DNA from: Liolophura sinensis
Lineage: Eukaryota
DNA length: 64,000 nucleotides
Assembly (NCBI RefSeq): GCF_032854445.1
Contig: NC_088300.1
Span: 74,640,302-74,704,301 of the forward strand
Reading direction: 5' to 3'
The number at the start of each line of letters is the position of its first letter. Position 1 is the stretch's first letter. This document shows positions 34,520-47,520 of the stretch, one piece after another. Both the position numbers and the translations under genes were made by a program. Under the pieces are notes generated by a model. That model made no database searches and was not told the DNA's origin. It saw only the letters and a list, made by a program, of their open reading frames with translations.

Positions 34520-36406
34520 TGTCAGCCGGCAGCTGTTGTGTGCTGACGCTGTTGTTCCTGTTCTGACTGGGCTGTTAGTGGGATATCCGATTCGTGTGGG
34601 CGAGCTATCTGGGAACTGAACTAAATGTGATGTAGAACTGAGGTTGTGATCTCAAGTCTGTCACTCCAGCCCGTCAAACAGGATAGACTTCTAATTTATG
34701 GTCGCTTGGCCTACAGAACATGTACAGTGTTTAATTCCAGTAGCACTGTGTTTTGACTAGTGCTTTTGTCCAGGTAACTAGGGGAGGGGAGAGAGGGCGT
34801 TAATAAACTGATGAACTCAATTATCACAGGTTAATATTTGAGTCTTGGACTGCTTTTGGGAGTGATGCTCATCAAACAGCCTGGAGACATACCTTGGGAA
34901 TGGAATACATTGTCGACACTATGTTCATACCAACAGAAAAGAAACCACAGTTACTCTTCAAATACGAGCCTTTTCCCCAGTTTACGTGTGTCATCTATTG
35001 TGTTTGTTGGTGTGACACGATCATAGATTCAGTTAGATGTGATATTGATCTTGTATATAGCATCACCAAATATTAGTATAAATATTCTTTCTTGTACTAT
35101 ATGTCATAAGGCCAGAGTTGTACAGTGATTAAGGATGCAGCATTGTTTGAACATCTGGGGGAGTGGGGAAGGGAAGGGGATTGTCAATAGATTTTATGCA
35201 AGTCGTCTTGAATTTCCTTGACATACGTTGGTTATGAGAGTTCATAATTGTGATGGAATTTAGATAAAGAGTGTTTGTAATAAAAATGTAGAAGTCAAAT
35301 ATCTGAAGTTTAACATAGATATTGATGTTTGTCAGTAAATTTTATCATTTGTTTTCAAAGGCCTGTGCCAATGTACTTTTTATTGAGGTTAAAACAAAGA
35401 TGAAGATGTAGACGTAATCAAGATGGTTTCTGGATTTCGTAGGGTCAGTTCCTACAACAAATAGAATTAATCCTCCATTGGGGACATTTTTCGTGCACAT
35501 GCGTCAGGTAGTGGAGTTATTTTCTAAACAATCACTACGTGGCACTATTTTCTGTGAGATTGTGTGGAATACTACCACATTGCTGTTTACCCACTTTCTC
35601 AAAGCAGTATGTAGCCAGATCTTAAGTGTGATACATTTTCATTGATGTTATATCTCGCATTTCACTATCCATTTCCCCAGGTCTGCCAATAAACATGATT
35701 CATAAACGTATTTATCGGATATGACATCTAATTGTTCTCTTTTCGGAAATAATCTCCCATAAGACTGGTTTCATAAAATGTATCGTTACCTGCATCTAAC
35801 CGCATGGCAACCATGGTCGTGTGTTTTCCTTGAGCTATGCCTGGTTTCCACCCATCAGATGTTGGCCGCCTCCACACTGAAGATTTTACGCTGATATTGT
35901 ACGACACTTAGTTACTTGTGACGTGAAACCAGAACAAGGCTCTATTAACAATCGGAACCTAAGTGGATGTACATTGCCTATTTACATGACAAATGTGGAA
36001 TTTGTCGTAATTATGCTTCCCTCTTGAAAGACACGGCCTATATGGGTATGGGTGTGTAGCGATTGCGTTTTGCAAACGAATCAGAGGACCATCCATGGTA
36101 CACGAAGTTGAGGCTAAAGTTGACCACATAAGAGGTTTGTAATTGGTGCACATCTTTTGGCTTATGGAATATTTCATATTCTGTGATTCCCCCAACCTTT
36201 GATACAGTTCATGGGTATTTAACGTTCATGGATACGTTTGTGATGCTTAACATCACTGACGGATTTGTTTAAATTTCGGGGATGAAGCCTATAGCCTGGT
36301 TAAAGCAGGCGCCTATTTTTCTGGCCACTACACAACCATGTTGAAAGTAGCCATATTTTGGACATATATACTCGTTCAATACAGTGACTGCATAGATATA
36401 AATAAA

Positions 36407-36565
36407 CAGTGCAACAAACATAAGTTCCCACGAAAACGTTGTTTGATACCTCCATTGATATGTACCAGATAGCAGGGAAATTTTGCACACACCATCCCAG
36501 TGAGCCGGCGGACGTGGCATTTCAAGGATTAACGTGCAGTTGCAGTTGTGCGCTTTATGGAAAAT
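36407..36565. repeat. Left TIR of Tc1-like element
   Basis: Reverse-complement match to 38085..38234. Confidence 0.75.
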
Positions 36566-36816
36566 TTCATAAAAGGAGTCAAGCAGATTGTTCACCGCCA
36601 AATTTTGATATCAGAGAATTCATGTTACCACTCCTGAAATATTCGTGCCAGTGGGCATTAAGGACATGACACATACCACAAGAAATTCATGCGCTTAAAC
36701 ATGACCTGCATCAGGTCTGAGATGGTCAATAACAGGTTCTCGGATCGGGTTCGCCCACATTACTGTCCACAAGTCTTGGGCAATCAATGTTGCACGTTTT
36801 GTGACACTGGTATACC

Positions 36817-37952
36817 ATGCCTCGATTATGTAATACGGACAGGGCGTTTGCAATTGGCCTTTTGGAGGCTAACACCCCTATAAAACAGGTTGCACGTCGA
36901 ATGGGGGTGACACCAAACGCCATTCGGAAATTGCGAGCGAAGTTTCTCGCATCGGGAGATGTCAAGGACCTGCCAAGAAGTGGAAGGCCCAGGGCAACCA
37001 CGCAAAGACAAGATCGGCGAATCGTAAACGTCACACTAAGGAACAGGACGACATCAGGGATAAGGGTTTGAGTGTGCCACACCAAAAAAAAAAAAAAAAA
37101 AAAAAAAAAACCAATGCCATTTTCGACTCTAGCGCGGATTCAACTTGCTTGTCATATCACTTAACATCCATTTTGAATTGCAGAACTAGAGGTTCGAGAT
37201 CATGCTGGTGTCGGGGCAAGACGGTTGAGTGCCCAAACAATCAGGAAACGTCTAAAATCCGTCGGAGTACGTCCCGGGCGGCTGGTGAAAAACCCTTGTT
37301 TCTCCGCCGTCATAAGATAGCGCGTCTGCAATGGGCGACAAATCACGTTCGATGGACTAGACGGCAATGGGGCAACGTTCTTTTCATCGACGAAACTCGT
37401 GTGTGTCTCCGTCACGTTGATTCTAGGAGACGTGTGTGGCGTCGGCAGGGTGAACAGCCTACAGACTGCTGCGTACAGCCAGCAACGGCCTTTAGTGGTG
37501 ACAGCGTAATGGTCAAGGCAGGCATCAATTTGACAGGCAAGACCGATCTGGTTCCTGTTGAGGGAAACTTGAACGTTGCTGGCTACGTTGCTCAAGTTCT
37601 CAGACCTCATGTATGGCCCTACGCAGCCGCCGTTGGAGATGGATTTGTCTTCATGGACGACAATGCGCGTCCACATCGTGCAAAGATTGTGAATGACTTC
37701 TTCCAAACTGAAGGCATTGACCGGATCCAGTGGCCCGCATGTTCTCCGGATCTCAACCCCATCGAACATCTTTGAGATCAGTTGAAACAATCAGTTTATC
37801 GTCGAGTTGGAATGGAGTCCACTCTTGACGATTTGAGGCGCCACCTTCAGGAAGTGTGGTTAGCCATCCCGCAACGTCGTATCGCACGCCTCATCAACAC
37901 AATGCGAGCGCCCTGTCGAAATGTGATGCAATCTCGTGGCGGCTACACATGA
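36817..37952 (+). pseudogene. Tc1-like transposase, disrupted (28-nt poly(A) tract and frameshift between the HTH and DDE parts; TGA replaces the conserved W after IEHL)
   Basis: Six-frame ORFs 36817..37071 and 37068..37775 are in different frames and separated by a run of 27 A at 37085-37111. Transposase-like translation continues after the in-frame stop at 37776 (DQLKQSVYRRVGMESTLDDLRRHLQEVWLAIPQRRIARLINTMRAPCRNVMQSRGGYT*). Confidence 0.8.
37085..37111. repeat. 27-nt poly(A) tract inside the Tc1-like transposase ORF
   Basis: ccacaccAAAAAAAAAAAAAAAAAAAAAAAAAAAccaatgcc. Confidence 0.95.
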
Positions 37953-38084
37953 TATTGAAAACTACTGGTCATCTAGTCAAAATGATCGAATTTTGTGATA
38001 AAATAAAGAATTGCCATTGAAAAATCTGGTTGACTCATTTTATGAAATTTTCAAATAGACCGATTTTCAGTTTTCTCATGCCCA

Positions 38085-38234
38085 TTAGCCCATAACTGCA
38101 CCTGCACGTTAATCCTTGATATACCACGTCCGCCGGATTACTGGGATAGTGTGTGCAGAATTTCATTGCGATCTGGTACATACCACGGGAGATATCAAAC
38201 AACGTTTTGGAGGGAACTTACTTTTGTTGCACTG
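38085..38234. repeat. Right TIR of Tc1-like element
   Basis: Reverse-complement match to 36407..36565. Ends …TTTGTTGCACTG followed by TA. Confidence 0.75.
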
Positions 38235-38351
38235 TATATATTGTTCTTCCACTTTCCAGTACATACTGTGATTTTTTTATTCATGGTCGACGAACTACCT
38301 ATTGTCAATAGGCAGGCAAAAAAATGGCTGTTCAAGTCACATTGCTAACGT

Positions 38352-38990
38352 GTGTTCAAGGTCATTGACAGAGACAGGGTCAAAACGAGGGTTGGTAAGC
38401 CCGGTAACTGGTGTGACCGAGCATCAATGATTTCTGTGCATTTCCGTCTCATTAAAGTAACAAGACATTTGAAACCGTCCCATACCATCACTGCCCCGCA
38501 GCTAAAACACCGACGTCAAAGTAACGCTCACCCCGACGACGTTACACACGTTGACGCCCATATGAATGAGAAAAGTGGAAACGTGATTTATCCGTAAACT
38601 GTGCATTTGGCCACCAGTGTGCAGGACGCCAAATCTTGCATTGATGATGCTGTGGCGTCAACGACGGACGTATCGCGGGATGATGTGCGCAACACAATCC
38701 TTGCAGATGATTTCCTAAGGTTTGTGGGTTTATGCGACGATGGCCTAGAATGATTCGAGCGGTTTCTACGGGTCTTCGACGTCAGTTTATACGGTGTGTC
38801 AAGCGAATCCACTGATCTCCCGCAGGCGTCGCTTTCCGTGGACGTCCAGAGCGCAGACGATCCTTTACGTCCTGGAAAATTCTCTGGCGTGGGGCGAGCG
38901 CTGCTATGGTATTTCTGTGACAAACGCATCCGCCTTGCGACCTCCTGCGACAAGCATATCAACCGCCTGATTACGTTCGTTTAACGTCAG
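38352..38990 (-). pseudogene. Tc1-like transposase fragment (frameshifted, truncated)
   Basis: Motif-level similarity only (DESRF/SDGR-like DKSRF…SYGRQRV; the six-frame ORF 38588..38962 '-' contains RIVLRTSSRDTS). Confidence 0.45.
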
Positions 38991-39624
38991 TTTTGGCATG
39001 GCGTCGAAATGCATGCCTTTATAAAAGACTGAATGGGTGAGCGTTTACAATGGTTTAAATTTGACTATCCACTGACACACAAAATTGGCAAGACAGAGCA
39101 TGCGGAGTTGTTAAATACTCACCACCTAGCAAAAGTGTCACGTGGCCAGTGTGCTTTAGGTAAAGCGTAATTTATTCTGTAAATACGTATTCGGAGGTCG
39201 CGTATAACGAAATTAATGTGAGATGTTCTTGTATAATCTAATTCTTATTCTGCAAACTTTAATGCATAGTAACTTTTTTGTCAAAGTCAAATTCTTTGCA
39301 TGCTACTGCTACTACTATGTACTGTTCTTCAGTCATTGTATCCTTTGCTGGAAAATCGGCTCCTCGCACGCGGAAACATTGGCCACGGTAGTACATCCAT
39401 AATGGTCACAATCTTTGCTTTGTCTACACGCGTCTGAGTTTTATAGTTTCATCAGCCTCCGAGTCATTATCCATATGGTGACAATCTCTGCTTTTGTCTA
39501 CACACGTGTGAGTGTTATATTTTTATCAGAGTCGTCATCCATGGTGATAATAGCAACAAAAGATTGTAGACTAAATTACCTGCTGAATATGACAAGAACG
39601 TAATGGTGAAAGATTACTAGCCGT

Positions 39625-39810
39625 CAAACCTAGGAGACTATCATGATGTGATCGCCTTGAGTTCAAGTCCAGCTCATAGTGGTTTCCTTTTTGCACGTGG
39701 GAAGGTCTGTGTGCAGCCCGCGGATGGAAGTGGGTTTCCCGTGGGCTCTGCTGTCTTTCCTTGGACCATAATCCTGGCCGTATTTCTCAGTATGGAGTAA
39801 AACTTAAATA
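39625..39810 (+). mobile_element. Internal SINE fragment
   Basis: …GAGTTCAAGTCCAGCTCATAGTGG…GGGTTTCCCGTGGGCTCTGCTGTCTTTCCTTGGACCATAATCCTGGCCG…. Confidence 0.6.
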
Positions 39811-42800
39811 CTGGCTGTCGAGAAAGTCAGTGAATGTTGGATGTGTGATGGAATGAAATGCTCATGAGAGCCTAGCTGAATCTACGGTATAATACTTGAT
39901 ACACCGTGTCGGCTTGATCATTGCGATAGTGCGTGTAAAATTTTATCCCGATCTGGCAACTATCTCGGGGTACCTAGCGCTTTGGAGGGAAGTTTTGTTG
40001 CATGTTTATACTTTGAGCTGAGTAACTAAAAGCCTTAGAAATAAACAGAAAAAGGCCAGCATTTATACACCCGTCATGAAAAAATACGTAAGCCCGGCAT
40101 GTACTTGACCTGCACACAAAGGAAAATGTTAAGCACCCCTAAAATTCTACAATGACACGATTGGAATGCAAACTGGCACGATTGACTGAAAAACTGATCT
40201 TGCACAGGGGAACGTAATCTGTAAAGGAACAACCCTATATCTAGTAAGAAAACACTGCACATGTCATTGGAGGTTACAATTTAATCCTGATATTGACACG
40301 GTTGTACGTGGGATTTCCAAACAAAAAGTAATGTCTTTCAAACATGGAACGCCATACGAAGGGGATATACTGCCTGCCTGAAACAAGTTGGTCCAACCAA
40401 GCCACTCACTAATTGCTCCTTTATCAGCTTCTGTACGAACGTTCTCGCGTAAAGCATTGCTCACATGCACCGAAGCGCAACATACTGTAAATTAGATGTT
40501 TATACACAGCTTGGAAATATAAATAGCTCACAGTCAGTGGGAACTCCTATACTACTCTCACAAAATGAAATTCATTATAAAACTTTTGCCAAAAAACCAG
40601 GAGGTTTACCCTGGGCACTCTGATATCCTCTGTCCGTGACACTTTACGCCTTTACTGGATCTGCCGTTAAAGAATGTAAATCAAATTGTAGTACATATAC
40701 CTTGTGATATGAGCACGTCGTGGTATCTTCCGTCACACAAGTGTCCATATCTATAAAACTGCATGTAAACATGGCGGGTCTCAAGGAAGATGTGTATACC
40801 TTGACGCACTTGACGCAAGGGACGCAACGTGACACACGGGCGAACTGCTGTGTAATGTTTTTTTTAGATTATTCGATACCAACATAAGCCCGTGTTAACT
40901 AAGGGTCTGAACTTTAGGGGTTTAGTAGCTATATGAAATGTTGGAAGTAATTAAAGTAACCCTAAATCTGGTCAACTGGACATATGTCAAACAATTTCTT
41001 ACGTTGCGACACTCATCAATAGAGAAAGTTACAGACACAGTATATTTATGTGAGTGAAAGCCTAGAAGCGTAAGCCACTGTTTCTATTTAGTGACGGGTT
41101 CCCAACTTTGGTGAGTGTCGAAACGATAGAAATTGTTTAACACATGTCCGGCTGACCGGATTTTGTGTTTTCTTTAATCTACTCCAGCTGGATGGCTCAC
41201 AGTATCAATTGTTTCGTCAGAACGAATTCAATATTCAGTTTGCAAACCTGCAGTTTTTGTGAAATGGTGAAAGCGCGCCAAATACGATGACTTTGAGCGA
41301 ATGTGGAAGTTTTAAAATGAAATGTAACATTTCTGCAAACCGTATACTAAAGAAAAATACCTCTAAAGGTCGAAGTAGGCATCACTGAATAGACCACTTA
41401 AAACTATACATAATTATGCTTTCATTTATCTCTTAGATTTTTGTCAAGAGAAAAATAGAAATAAAACCTTACTTCATATTGTAGTTTTCTTTTACTTCAA
41501 GTACTGGTCAGAAAACAAATATCGTGAAGAAACCTGCTATATATGCTACACAACCTAGACTGTATGGACAACCATATTTTGGGCCACTGATGTAAAATGT
41601 TTAATATTTAGATCATAAGTTTTGGTTATGCACGACCTTATCAACAGATGGAAATGAACAGATGGTGTTTTTTTCATTGAGGGCCAAGGAAAGAGATAGG
41701 TTCAGACAAGACTTGTTAGAGGGCTAAAGAAAAGCAGCATATATGACTACTGTACAGTGAATACAGATTTCGTCAAATACCGCGGTATACCTGCTAAACG
41801 CCAGTAATGCTTCATCAAGTTCCCTTTTTTAACATATGGCTTAAATATTACCGTTGGAAGAATCCACGAGATTCACCCTACCTCAAAGCTCTGTAAGTTT
41901 TATAAATTATTTGCTAATATAATTTATTTACTTGCTTCATTGGTGTTTTACGCTGTCCTCAATAATATTTGACTTATACGACGGCGTGTTCTTTATATGG
42001 TTGGAGGAACCCCGGGGAAACTGACGACCTACCACAATTTTTTTGTAATTTAAATTGTACAGAATGCCAGAAACACGCTTTCTTTTAATGTCCTCTATAT
42101 AAACACTTAACGTTATCTATTTCCTCTCGGATATCTAAAAATTAGAAATTCAAATTCTTTTGTCATATTGCTCTGTACGATTGGAAAGTATATATTCACA
42201 GTTTACCTGTGTTTTTATTGTATTCAGATCTATGGTGATACACACACTAAATAAATTTGATCATTTAAGATTTGAACATGTTCGTAAAATTTTGGCCACA
42301 GTGACGATATATTTTGAGGTTCACACTTTTCCTCGGTGCATTTTTTAATCTAGTAAATATCACACTTTAGAAAGTAAAATGTTCAGTTCACGGGAGAAGA
42401 CAATATTCTAGATTTATTATTATTACCAGTGAAGAAAGGCCACCTGAAGCGCGTCCAGCTTTTGCAGACATTTCTGAGACTTCATTCTCAGATTAACTTC
42501 ATAATGGGGTTTTACAGACTTCACAATTAGTCACGTGTTGCAAACGTCTATGGTATCACCTCTCTAAAGAGCCTTGCTTGAGTACTATTGGGTACAACCA
42601 ATCAATCGATGTCACGACCCATTCCTCAAGTATATATTGTGTGTTTCCCTCAGGTAAGACCTTGAACCCAGTGATCACCTGTGAAAGAGCAAGCTAAATT
42701 CCTCACGTGTTATCCAACATGTTGAAATAGGGCAATTTCTGGAAAAGGTTCATCGAATTAGTGTAAATGCCTTTTTCGCGTGGTATTAACATCTGCGGAT

Positions 42801-44129
42801 TTCGCGGCAAACACATTTCCGCGAAAATAAGGGCCATCGAATATAAAACCCATGTAAGAAATTTATTAATGTCGCATACGTTACAGTTATAAATTCGTTA
42901 AAAACCACTACAGTTCTAATACTTTTTTCAAACACGTTAATTAGAAATACCTAATAAGAACGTATTCCGGCTTTCACAAATCCAGCTTTTGATCGCCAGT
43001 TAATCTTGCTTTCTTTTAAGGAGGCTTAACTCCGCCTAAGTATTGCCACATTGCGATGTTGTTGTTGATTTATTGCCGCGGTTAGGGACATACAAATTGA
43101 TAATTTGTACTGGGCGTGATACTGTACATGATACGATATACATTCGATGAGAGAGGCAGTTTTTTTTATCGATTGTACTAGATCACCTTTCCGACGCGCC
43201 CGATACATCGCTTGGGGGTTTCCGCACTTCAGACTTCCTTTTCATAATGATCATTTCTGAGAAATTTACTCAAATCTGCATGAGAAATAAACAGTGGGTT
43301 TTATTTATATCACATTTAATCCTTCGTCGTCTCCCGGAGTAAGTGACACGAATATATGCTCACAAAGCAGGTAAGGACTTCGTCCTATTAAGATCTTCAA
43401 CAGCCTTCAAAAGATTAAAAGTTTAGGAGGATTAACTTCATTTGTCTGATCAAGTTACCGTACTGTATAGAATTTTTATCACATCTTACAGGTATAAGTA
43501 AGTTTAAATGATAACATTGTTACTTGAATGCTTGAGTTGTTTTATTACTTGACGTTTCTGTGTTGAAATTTGATTTTCGTTTATCAGCTGTCCAAAAATT
43601 GTGCTAAGATCCGCCAAAGGTTATACCCGCGAATAAAAAGTCATTTACAGTACCTCCATGTGATGACGATATGTCATCGTGCAATTTTAACACTGAGGGC
43701 TTTAGATATCACAATACCGTGTCACCCTGGTATTCATGTGACAAGATGTATGAGGTCACCTATTTGTGAGAGAATTGGAACAGGTCGAGAATTTTAGAAA
43801 GAACTAACGTATAATTAACAGAAATTTATCGGCCCTATATACATCAGAGCATGCGCTGGGAACTGTTGCAGACGGTACACAAATGGTTTAACATTTGAAA
43901 TCGTTTGCACATACATCAACCGGGCCTAATGGTTTTGAAGGAATGCTCTACAAACAACGATTCGTGAGAAGTGCACATAAAAGATATATTTGGGAAGGTT
44001 AACAGGAATCTTAAATAATCCGAATAAAAGTAAAAGTCGTTCAAAGTCAATGGTGTGTAAAAATTGTGTTTTCAACGATTTAACGAGAAAACATATTCAG
44101 GGAGAAGGTTGTCACATGTATATAACAAT

Positions 44130-45380
44130 AAAACCCAGGAATTGTGTCCAACATCGATAATATCCAGGAACTGTGTCCAACATCGATAATATCCAGGAAC
44201 TGTGTCGAACATCGATAATATCCAGGAACTGTGTCCAACATCGATAATATCCAAGAACTGTGTCCAACATCGACAATATCCAGGAACTGTGTCGAACATC
44301 GATAATATCCAGGAACTGTGTCCAACACAGATAATATCCAGGAACTGTGTCCAACATCGATAATATCCAGGGACCGAGTATAACAACAGTAACGAACCGT
44401 GTCAAAGAACAATGACACCCAGGAACCTTGTACAATAAGACACACGAACTGCGTTCAATAATACTAACACACAGGAACCACGTCCAATAACAATAAGACA
44501 CTGGAACCGCATCCTACATCAACAACAACCTTGAATCGTATTCAACAAACTGTGTCCAACTACAACACCCAGGAGCCATATCCAACAGCAATAACACATA
44601 TGAACCGCTTCCAATGACAATAACACTCGGCAAATCTGTCTAACACAACAACACCCACGGATCGCATCCACCAAAACCACCACTCAGGAACCACGTCCAA
44701 CAACACCCACGAACCATGTCCAACAACAATATCTCACAAGGGCCATGTCCATCAACGATATCACACAAGAACCGCGTACTATAACAATAAGACACAGGAA
44801 CCGCAGCCAACAACGATAACATCCAAGGAATCGTATCCAACAACAGCAGCACCCAGGAACAGTGTCCAGCAACAGTAACACACAGGAAGTGTGTCCAGCA
44901 ACAATAACACATAGGAACCGCATCCAACAAGAAAGAGCACACAGGAACCGCGACCAACAAAAGTTACACCCAGGAACCGCTTCCAACAACAAAACCCGTG
45001 TCTAACCCCGTCCAACTGCAACAATCACACTCAGAAGCCGCCTCCAACAAGCAAAACACCCAGGAAACATATCCAACAACAATAACAACAAGAAACCGTG
45101 TCAAGAAACAGTAACACCAAGGAACAGTGTCCGGCAACAGTAACACCCAGGAACAGTGTCCGGCAACAGTAACACCCAGGAACAGTGTCCGGCAACAGTA
45201 ATACCCAGGAACCGTGTCCAACAATTATAACACGCAGGAAGCGTATCCAACAACAATAACAATAATGACACACAGAAAATGTGTTTAACGACAGTGACGC
45301 ACAGAAACTTTTACCAACAACGGTGACGCACAGAAACACTGTCCAACAACAGTGACGCACAGAAAATTTGTCTAACGACA
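44130..45380. repeat. Satellite array of ~33-bp units (~38 copies). The core is near-identical (CCAGGAACTGTGTCCAACATCGATAATAT) and the flanks are progressively diverged (AACACCCAGGAACCGCGTCCAACAACAATAACAC)
   Basis: Direct inspection. The minus strand is open in all three frames (overlapping 100-129-aa ORFs with the same periodic peptide), a signature of a stop-free repeat rather than of a gene. Confidence 0.85.
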
Positions 45381-46870
45381 TGTCATAGTTCGCAAATGGT
45401 CACACAAAACCGGTGAAGTACGATCTTTTAACCATACTCGCTCTCTACCTTTCGCTGTACATCACTACCACCAATAGCAAATTTTGTACAGATATCTTGA
45501 ACAACGCCGAGGTCACTGAGGTCACGATGATGAGGCAGGAAGTGATGTCAGAAAACACAAACAATCCGTCTCAACCTTTGTCTGTAAAAATACTTTATTC
45601 GCAAGCACTCTCTTTATCTAGAGTATTACAACATGGTTCTAACTAAATCCTGAAACAATTTTATTGATGAATGCTGATTAAATAGTTCCGCAGGAGGGGA
45701 CAAGTGATAAGGCTAAGTCCAAACAAGCCTATGTGCGTCTCTCAGACTCCAAAGTTCAAGTTTGTCTATAGGTGGCAGTGGTGTAAAGCGAAAGGTAGAG
45801 GGCGAGGCATGCGCTTCAAGGAGTATTCCTCTTGGCTGATGTGATATGCAATATGCAATATGCTCTAATGGAATAACGAGTGCTATCTTGTTAAACAGAA
45901 AAGTTAGAGCAAGGAAACGGGACTGCTTGGCCTAGTGTGAGTATAATGTGACTGGGTGAAGATTCGGAGCATTGGCGACATGAACTCTTCCCGCGACAAG
46001 ATTTATTTATTTATTTCTGAAGAATATCTTACTTATACAGCATTATGGTGGGAGGAAAGTTGACAGAGCCTGTTACAAGAAGACACAGTATTTTTACACA
46101 CACCTGATAACTTCTTGTCGTCATATGACTGAAACATTGTTAAGTACGACGTAAAAACCCAAGCAGCATACATTCAAAAGGTTTTTTTTTTTTTTCAAAA
46201 AAAAAAACAAAACAAAAAACAAAAAAAAAACGTACACGTCATTGTGACATTATTATCGCGTATAAAAAACACTACGGCTTTAGCCCAGCGAAACATTAAA
46301 CTTGCCCAGAAAGAGCACTGACGTCAGTTCTGTTCCAACTTAAACAAATGTACTTCCTGCCTGAGTCAAGCTGAAGTTAATCCCTGGTAAGGGAGAGTCT
46401 GTTACTTCCCCGACTATTGTGTGTAATGATACTGAATATATCTCTATTGACGCCCAATGCCACAAATTTCTCCTATGTCTCCAGTTCAAGCAAATTATTC
46501 TCCAGATTTCATACCTCATAAAATATGGAAAATTCTCATCTTTCTGCATGTTGAGCAGTTAGAATAAAAAAAACCTCTAGCTGTGTATAACATGAAAAGA
46601 GGTCGGATTTCTCTTGTTTTGCTATCTTTGTTGTAGTTTGTTATATCGTGTTCCTACATACAAATGATCTGCTGGTTGACTACGAGTCCCAGAAGCCTGA
46701 TTCGTTTGCATTGTTTTCATGTGATTTTTTAAAAATTAAATGTAAAGACAACATTTTAATAACACTAGACCAATGACGTCTAACATATTTTAATTAACTG
46801 CACTTTGTTGTTTACCCAGTTCTGTTGGAGTTGGAGTAAACTGAGGAATGCCGGATTTCGCCAGCTACAT

Positions 46871-47082
46871 ATGACCATTTGTCAACTTTCACATTGACGT
46901 CGCTGCGCAATGTGACCATTTGTTAACTATCACATTGTCGTCGCTGCAAAATGTTACCATTTGTCAACTATCACATTGCAGTCGCTGCGCAATGTGACCA
47001 TTTGTAAACTATGACATTGCCGTCACTACGCAATGTGACCATTCGTCAACTATCACATTGCCGTCGCTGCGATACTTGTGCT
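46871..47082. repeat. 41-bp tandem repeat x5 (ATGACCATTTGTCAACTATCACATTGCCGTCGCTGCGCA)
   Basis: Direct inspection. Confidence 0.85.
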
Positions 47083-47404
47083 CTCTATAATGTAGTATTT
47101 TGTAGTTTGACTGTTCTTTAACTCAGTAATTTTCACTTATACGATAACAGTCAGTTTTATGGGTGGAGATAACCGGGACGTCTGAAGTATTTCACCTTAC
47201 TTGTGACACAAGGCTAAATCACTGTGTGATAAACTTCATATTAAACAGGAGGAACGGGTTCAAATCTTACCTTGGACAGAGAGTTTGCAGACTCCTCCAC
47301 TCTTAATGTTGGTGGGGCCTTGTTAACTATAAGAGATTGACCACGATAGTAACCATTTACGCCCACTAATCCCTGAAAACCACTTGTTCTCCACAATATG
47401 TTGT

Positions 47405-47520
47405 GCTTATCTGTTCACCTCACGCCTGTGACTTGCCCAGTGCCGGTGGTTTATCTCAAGCACTCTGGTTTTCTGCACGTATAAAACTAACTCCGATCGT
47501 GTAAGTGAAAATATTATTAA
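47405..47520 (+). mobile_element. SINE 3' fragment (a diverged inverted partner lies at ~47100..47200)
   Basis: …CTGGTTTTCTGCACGTATAAAACTAACTCCGATCGTGTAAGTGAAAATATTATTAAG…; 47100ff carries the reverse-complement tail CTCAGTAATTTTCACTTATACGATAACAGTCAG. Confidence 0.5.

Larger units (their letters stand above)
36407..38234 (+). mobile_element. Tc1/mariner-superfamily DNA transposon (~1.83 kb) with ~160-bp terminal inverted repeats (CAGTGCAACAAAC… / …GTTTGTTGCACTG-TA) and a decayed transposase gene
   Basis: The left arm 36407..~36565 aligns with the reverse complement of the right arm ~38085..38234 over ~160 bp, and the right end is followed by TA. Internally there is a Tc1-type HTH (GVTPNAIRKLRAKFLASGDVKDLPRSGRP) and a DDE catalytic domain (FIDETRV…MDDNARPHRA…SPDLNPIEHL). 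Confidence 0.85.
38350..40003 (-). mobile_element. Second, fragmentary Tc1-like element in inverted orientation abutting the first, with an outer TIR copy at 39893..40003
   Basis: The minus-strand translation of 38352..38990 contains Tc1-transposase motifs (…ARIVLRTSSRDTS…; DKSRFHFSHSYGRQRV; …VMVWDGF…) with frameshifts. 39893..40003 aligns to the right TIR of the first element in the same orientation, as expected for the 5' TIR of a minus-strand copy. A SINE fragment lies at ~39625..39810 inside it. Confidence 0.55.

Noticed and set aside
37200-37790. 196-aa minus-strand ORF
   Set aside because: Antisense to the Tc1 transposase DDE domain; no homology in that frame.
44072-45381. Five overlapping 80-129-aa minus-strand ORFs (Cys/Trp-rich VPGYYRCWTQFLDIIDVGHSSWILSMLDT repeats)
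   Set aside because: They lie on a 33-bp-period satellite, and all three frames of one strand are open simultaneously, which no real gene does. No start or stop context.
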